A stretch of DNA of 64,000 bases. It comes from Callorhinchus milii. Lineage: Eukaryota. The translations under genes and the position numbers were made by a program. The notes beneath the pieces are model-generated. The model searched no databases, had not been told where the DNA came from, and worked only from the letters and a program-made list of their open reading frames with translations. The stretch covers positions 67,892,001 through 67,956,000 of the forward strand of contig NW_024704742.1 of the NCBI RefSeq assembly GCF_018977255.1. The letters run 5' to 3'. Below, one piece after another: positions 60,813 to 64,000 of this stretch (its first letter is position 1; each line of letters begins with the position of its first letter).

Positions 60813-61815
60813 ACAGGCCTTGTTCATAAATCGTTAGTGTTCAGTATCATTAGTTTTACCGTTAGACTTAAATTTATAGTACTTCTAAAAAAGAGAGACA
60901 TTTCTCATCTTTATATCCCCCATATTTTCCTCAAATCTAAAATGAGTTCAGTCACATTTTGATGACCTTAGTTATTGGTATCCGCCTCAACAGTACAGAC
61001 TTTACAGCTTGAATGTACCATCTGCTCTCTGAACAAGCTGCCATACAACCAGATCCCAAGTGTGGTTACAGTGTGATTATAACAAAGATTATGCCTTAAA
61101 CTGCTGTTGGTCTTCATATACAGTAACTGACAAAAATTGTCATTTTTAATGGTTTGTTCAGCTCAAGTTTAATTTTTTGAGATACAATTGCATTTTTAAA
61201 AAGTAGTTTAGTTATTTTTAGTTTTTTTNAATGTTATTGTAGTGCCAAAAAGTAATTATGCGTCATGATGATGCACTCCAGTGCTGGCTTGACAGTAAAC
61301 TTCTTCATTAGATAATCATTTTAAAGGACTGATGTCTTTTGATAAATATGTATGAGACTTGTACTTTTGACACAAAAAGAAATCTTCAGAATTGGCGCCT
61401 CTTCATTCCTGAGGTGGTGTTCTGAGAATGTTCGGTTTAATTATCATTATTGTTATACTATAGTTTCAAATTTGCTGAAACTCGCAAAAGTCTCACTTCT
61501 GTCCTAAAAATAGCGTTATTTTTGAATGCTAAATTACCATTTTACTCAGTTTGAAAGTTCTATGAAATGATTGAAAATACGTTTCAATGCTTCAGATATT
61601 GTAACCTTCAAAGCATAGTTAACTGATCATCAAAGGTTGATTACACTGACCAAAATGTAGTTGTAGCTACAATATTCTACACTAACAGGTCTAGATTTTG
61701 TAATAGAGCAGTTCATTATTTATTCAGTAAACCTTCACTGTTTTCATTTCAAATGTGAATTAACAGTTCTGTACTAACAGGCTGTACCTAACTGTGATAA
61801 CTCATTTGCTTATAG

Positions 61816-61982
61816 GTGGGCAGTTTCAAACCGTGAAATGTTGATGGCTCAGAACAGCTCTCTTGAGTTCAAGCTTCACAGATTGTATTTTATTAGCCTG
61901 TTAATGGGGGGTAGAGAAAACCAGAGGGAAGCACTACAGTATGCCAAGAACTTCCAACCGTTTGCTTTACATCACCAGAAAG
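61816..61982 (+). CDS. RMND5A: RMND5A coding exon 5, 167 nt; gene continues beyond the window
   Basis: ttatag|(E)[55 protein letters not shown]|gtaagc. Confidence 0.96.
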
Positions 61983-62584
61983 GTAAGCGAGACCTTGGTT
62001 CAAATAATAATCTGATAATCCTTGCATTTGATACAGCGCCTTATCACATCATTGAGGTGTCTCAAAGCTCTTCACAGAATATACTGTAAAGTGAATTGAA
62101 TGTATTTTGTGGGCGAAGCGGTGGAGTCTTGTAATGTGGAAGTTTGGATCCATAAATTCCCTACCTGCCTTATAATGAGGTTTACAGCTCGCAAGATCCT
62201 AGAAGTTGTCTAGTTTTAGTCCTGGAATTGACTGGAATGCAGCAGCCAGCTACATGCATATGCAATGAATGGAGTCTACATGTCATTCACATTATAGACT
62301 ACTTAAACTGTGGCGAGGAGTGTTCTAATGGGATTGCACAGGGTCGTAAATATTTATATTTTAGACAGTATAATTTATGTAGCCCTTTTCACATTGGGAG
62401 GACATCTCAAAGCACTTGACACTGCTGGCTGGGTAGATAGAAGCTGAGGGGATGGGGAAGGGGAAGAAGACCGAAAGCGTAGTGAAAAAGCAGTCTTTTG
62501 CATTACTTTTTTTTAACCACCCCCTACCACAAAAAAATTGGTTAGTCAATCCAAGGCTGTTGTAGGATGTGCACAATTGGCTTC

Positions 62585-62909
62585 TAATAATAATAATAAT
62601 AATCCTTGCATTTAATATAGCGCTTTTCACATCTTCCAGACGTCCCAAAGCGCTTCACAGAATATACTGTAAAGTGAATTGACTGTATATTTGTGGGCGA
62701 ACGCGGCAGCCAATTGCACACAGCAATGTCCCACAAACAGTCATGGATTGAAAATGACCAATTTATTATTGTTTTTTTTTGAGGGATTATTATTAGGCTC
62801 TGTGTGGAGTAAGGAAACTTGCCCAAGGTTTCGCCCTCTGCCTGGAATTAAACTCAGGTCTCTCACTTGCAAAGCGAGTGCTCTAACCACTGAGCTACAG
62901 GACTCCACA
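62585..62909 (-). mobile_element. Full-length young SINE nested in an older SINE
   Basis: Older plus-strand SINE core (62535-62583) resumes at ~62915-63015. Confidence 0.9.
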
Positions 62910-63046
62910 ATTCTGTGTTTCGCCCACAAAATGCAGTCAAATCCACTTTACAATATTGTCTATATTCTGTGAAGTGACGTGGTAAGGCGCTATATCAAAT
63001 GCAAGTATTATTGTTGCTTAGGTAAAGGATTTAGAAACCCTGTTAC

Positions 63047-63875
63047 AACAACAACAACAAGATTCCATTTATAGAGCGCTTTTCACGTCGGGAGGACGTC
63101 CCAAGGTGCTGTACAGTTGGGTCAGGACCTGAGCATGGGGGGAAATTGGAAGGGAGGGAGCGAGGAGGGGGAAATGGTCAGGGTGAGGGGAGGGAAGGAG
63201 CGAGGAGGGGGAAGAGAGTCGAGAGGGGAGGTGAAGGCACGGTCGAAGAGAAAGGTCTTGAGACCGGCCTTGAAGGAGGAAAGGGAGGAGGCGGCGAAGG
63301 CACTGGGGGATGGAGTTCCAGAGCCAAGGGGCTGAGAGGCTGAAGGCCCGGCCACCGATGGTAGGGCGTTTGGGGCGGGGGATGTGGAGCAGACCGGAGC
63401 CAGAGGAACGGAGGGTACGGGCAGGTAGGTAGAGGGGATAGTAGGTCAGAGAGGTAGGAGGAAGCAAGGCCGTGAATGGCCTTGTAGGTGAGGATGAGGA
63501 TCTTGAATTCGATCCTCTGGGGATGGGGACCCAGTGGAGGCGAGCGAGGGTGGGAGTGATGTGGTCGCGGTGTCTGGTGCGGGACAGTACATGAGCTGCA
63601 GAGTTCTGAATGACCTGCAGTGTGGAGGGAGGTGGCGGGAAGGCCGGCGAGGAGAGAGTTCCCATAGTCCAGCCTTGAGGTGACAAAGGCGTGGACCAGA
63701 GTTTCAGCAGTGTGAGGGGTGAGTCTGCCGTAGTCTGGCGATGTTTCGGAGGTGATGGAAGGCGGTGCCAGTTGTGGCGAGGATATGAGGAAGAAAGGAC
63801 AGCTCAGGGTCGAACAGAACCCTGAGGTTCCTGACTGACTTTGAGAGGTGGAGAGTGCAGCCTTGGATGCTGATG
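63047..63875 (-). mobile_element. Young 5'-truncated L2 of the same family, 7-bp TSD
   Basis: Near-identical to 43975-44850; CTGTTAC at 63040-63046 and 63876-63882. Confidence 0.94.
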
Positions 63876-64000
63876 CTGTTACTGCACATTTGCATCTGTT
63901 ACTGTTGAAGAAAAGTGCTGAACATACAAATGTGTTTAAATATCCCGTTAGATTATTATTAGAATGCTTTACGGCTGAGAGGAAAGCAAGACACAATAAA

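Noticed and set aside
61229..61229. Single ambiguous base N in a T run
   Set aside because: Assembly/sequencing ambiguity with no biological meaning.

Overview
This is vertebrate genomic DNA, most likely a cartilaginous fish. That is inferred from the repeat landscape: tRNA-Ala-headed Deu-domain SINEs with L2-type tails, plus L2 and CR1 LINEs, as in chimaeras such as the elephant shark. It carries the conserved gene block CHMP3 (-, 6 coding exons, 221 aa, complete), RNF103 (-, 4 coding exons, 678 aa, complete) and RMND5A (+, coding exons 1-5, continuing beyond the window). All 15 exons were placed by hand from translation and GT/AG boundaries. Three CpG-island promoters are present, and much of the remaining sequence is SINE/LINE-derived. 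I do not see a clearly novel gene system. The observations most worth following up are: (1) several pre-miRNA-sized fold-back hairpins, two starting exactly at the truncation point of the same short L2-tail insert; (2) an old non-LTR element I cannot classify (7 copies sharing one end, CCHC knuckle remnant), one copy with a twin-priming-like inversion; (3) four full CRE palindromes and two uORFs upstream of RNF103; (4) candidate poison/cassette exons in RMND5A and RNF103; (5) phase-compatible RNF103-CHMP3 read-through splicing; (6) a direct duplication bracketing the last RNF103 exon. Repeat boundaries are approximate (about 10-30 bp). Comparisons to human proteins are from memory, not from a search.
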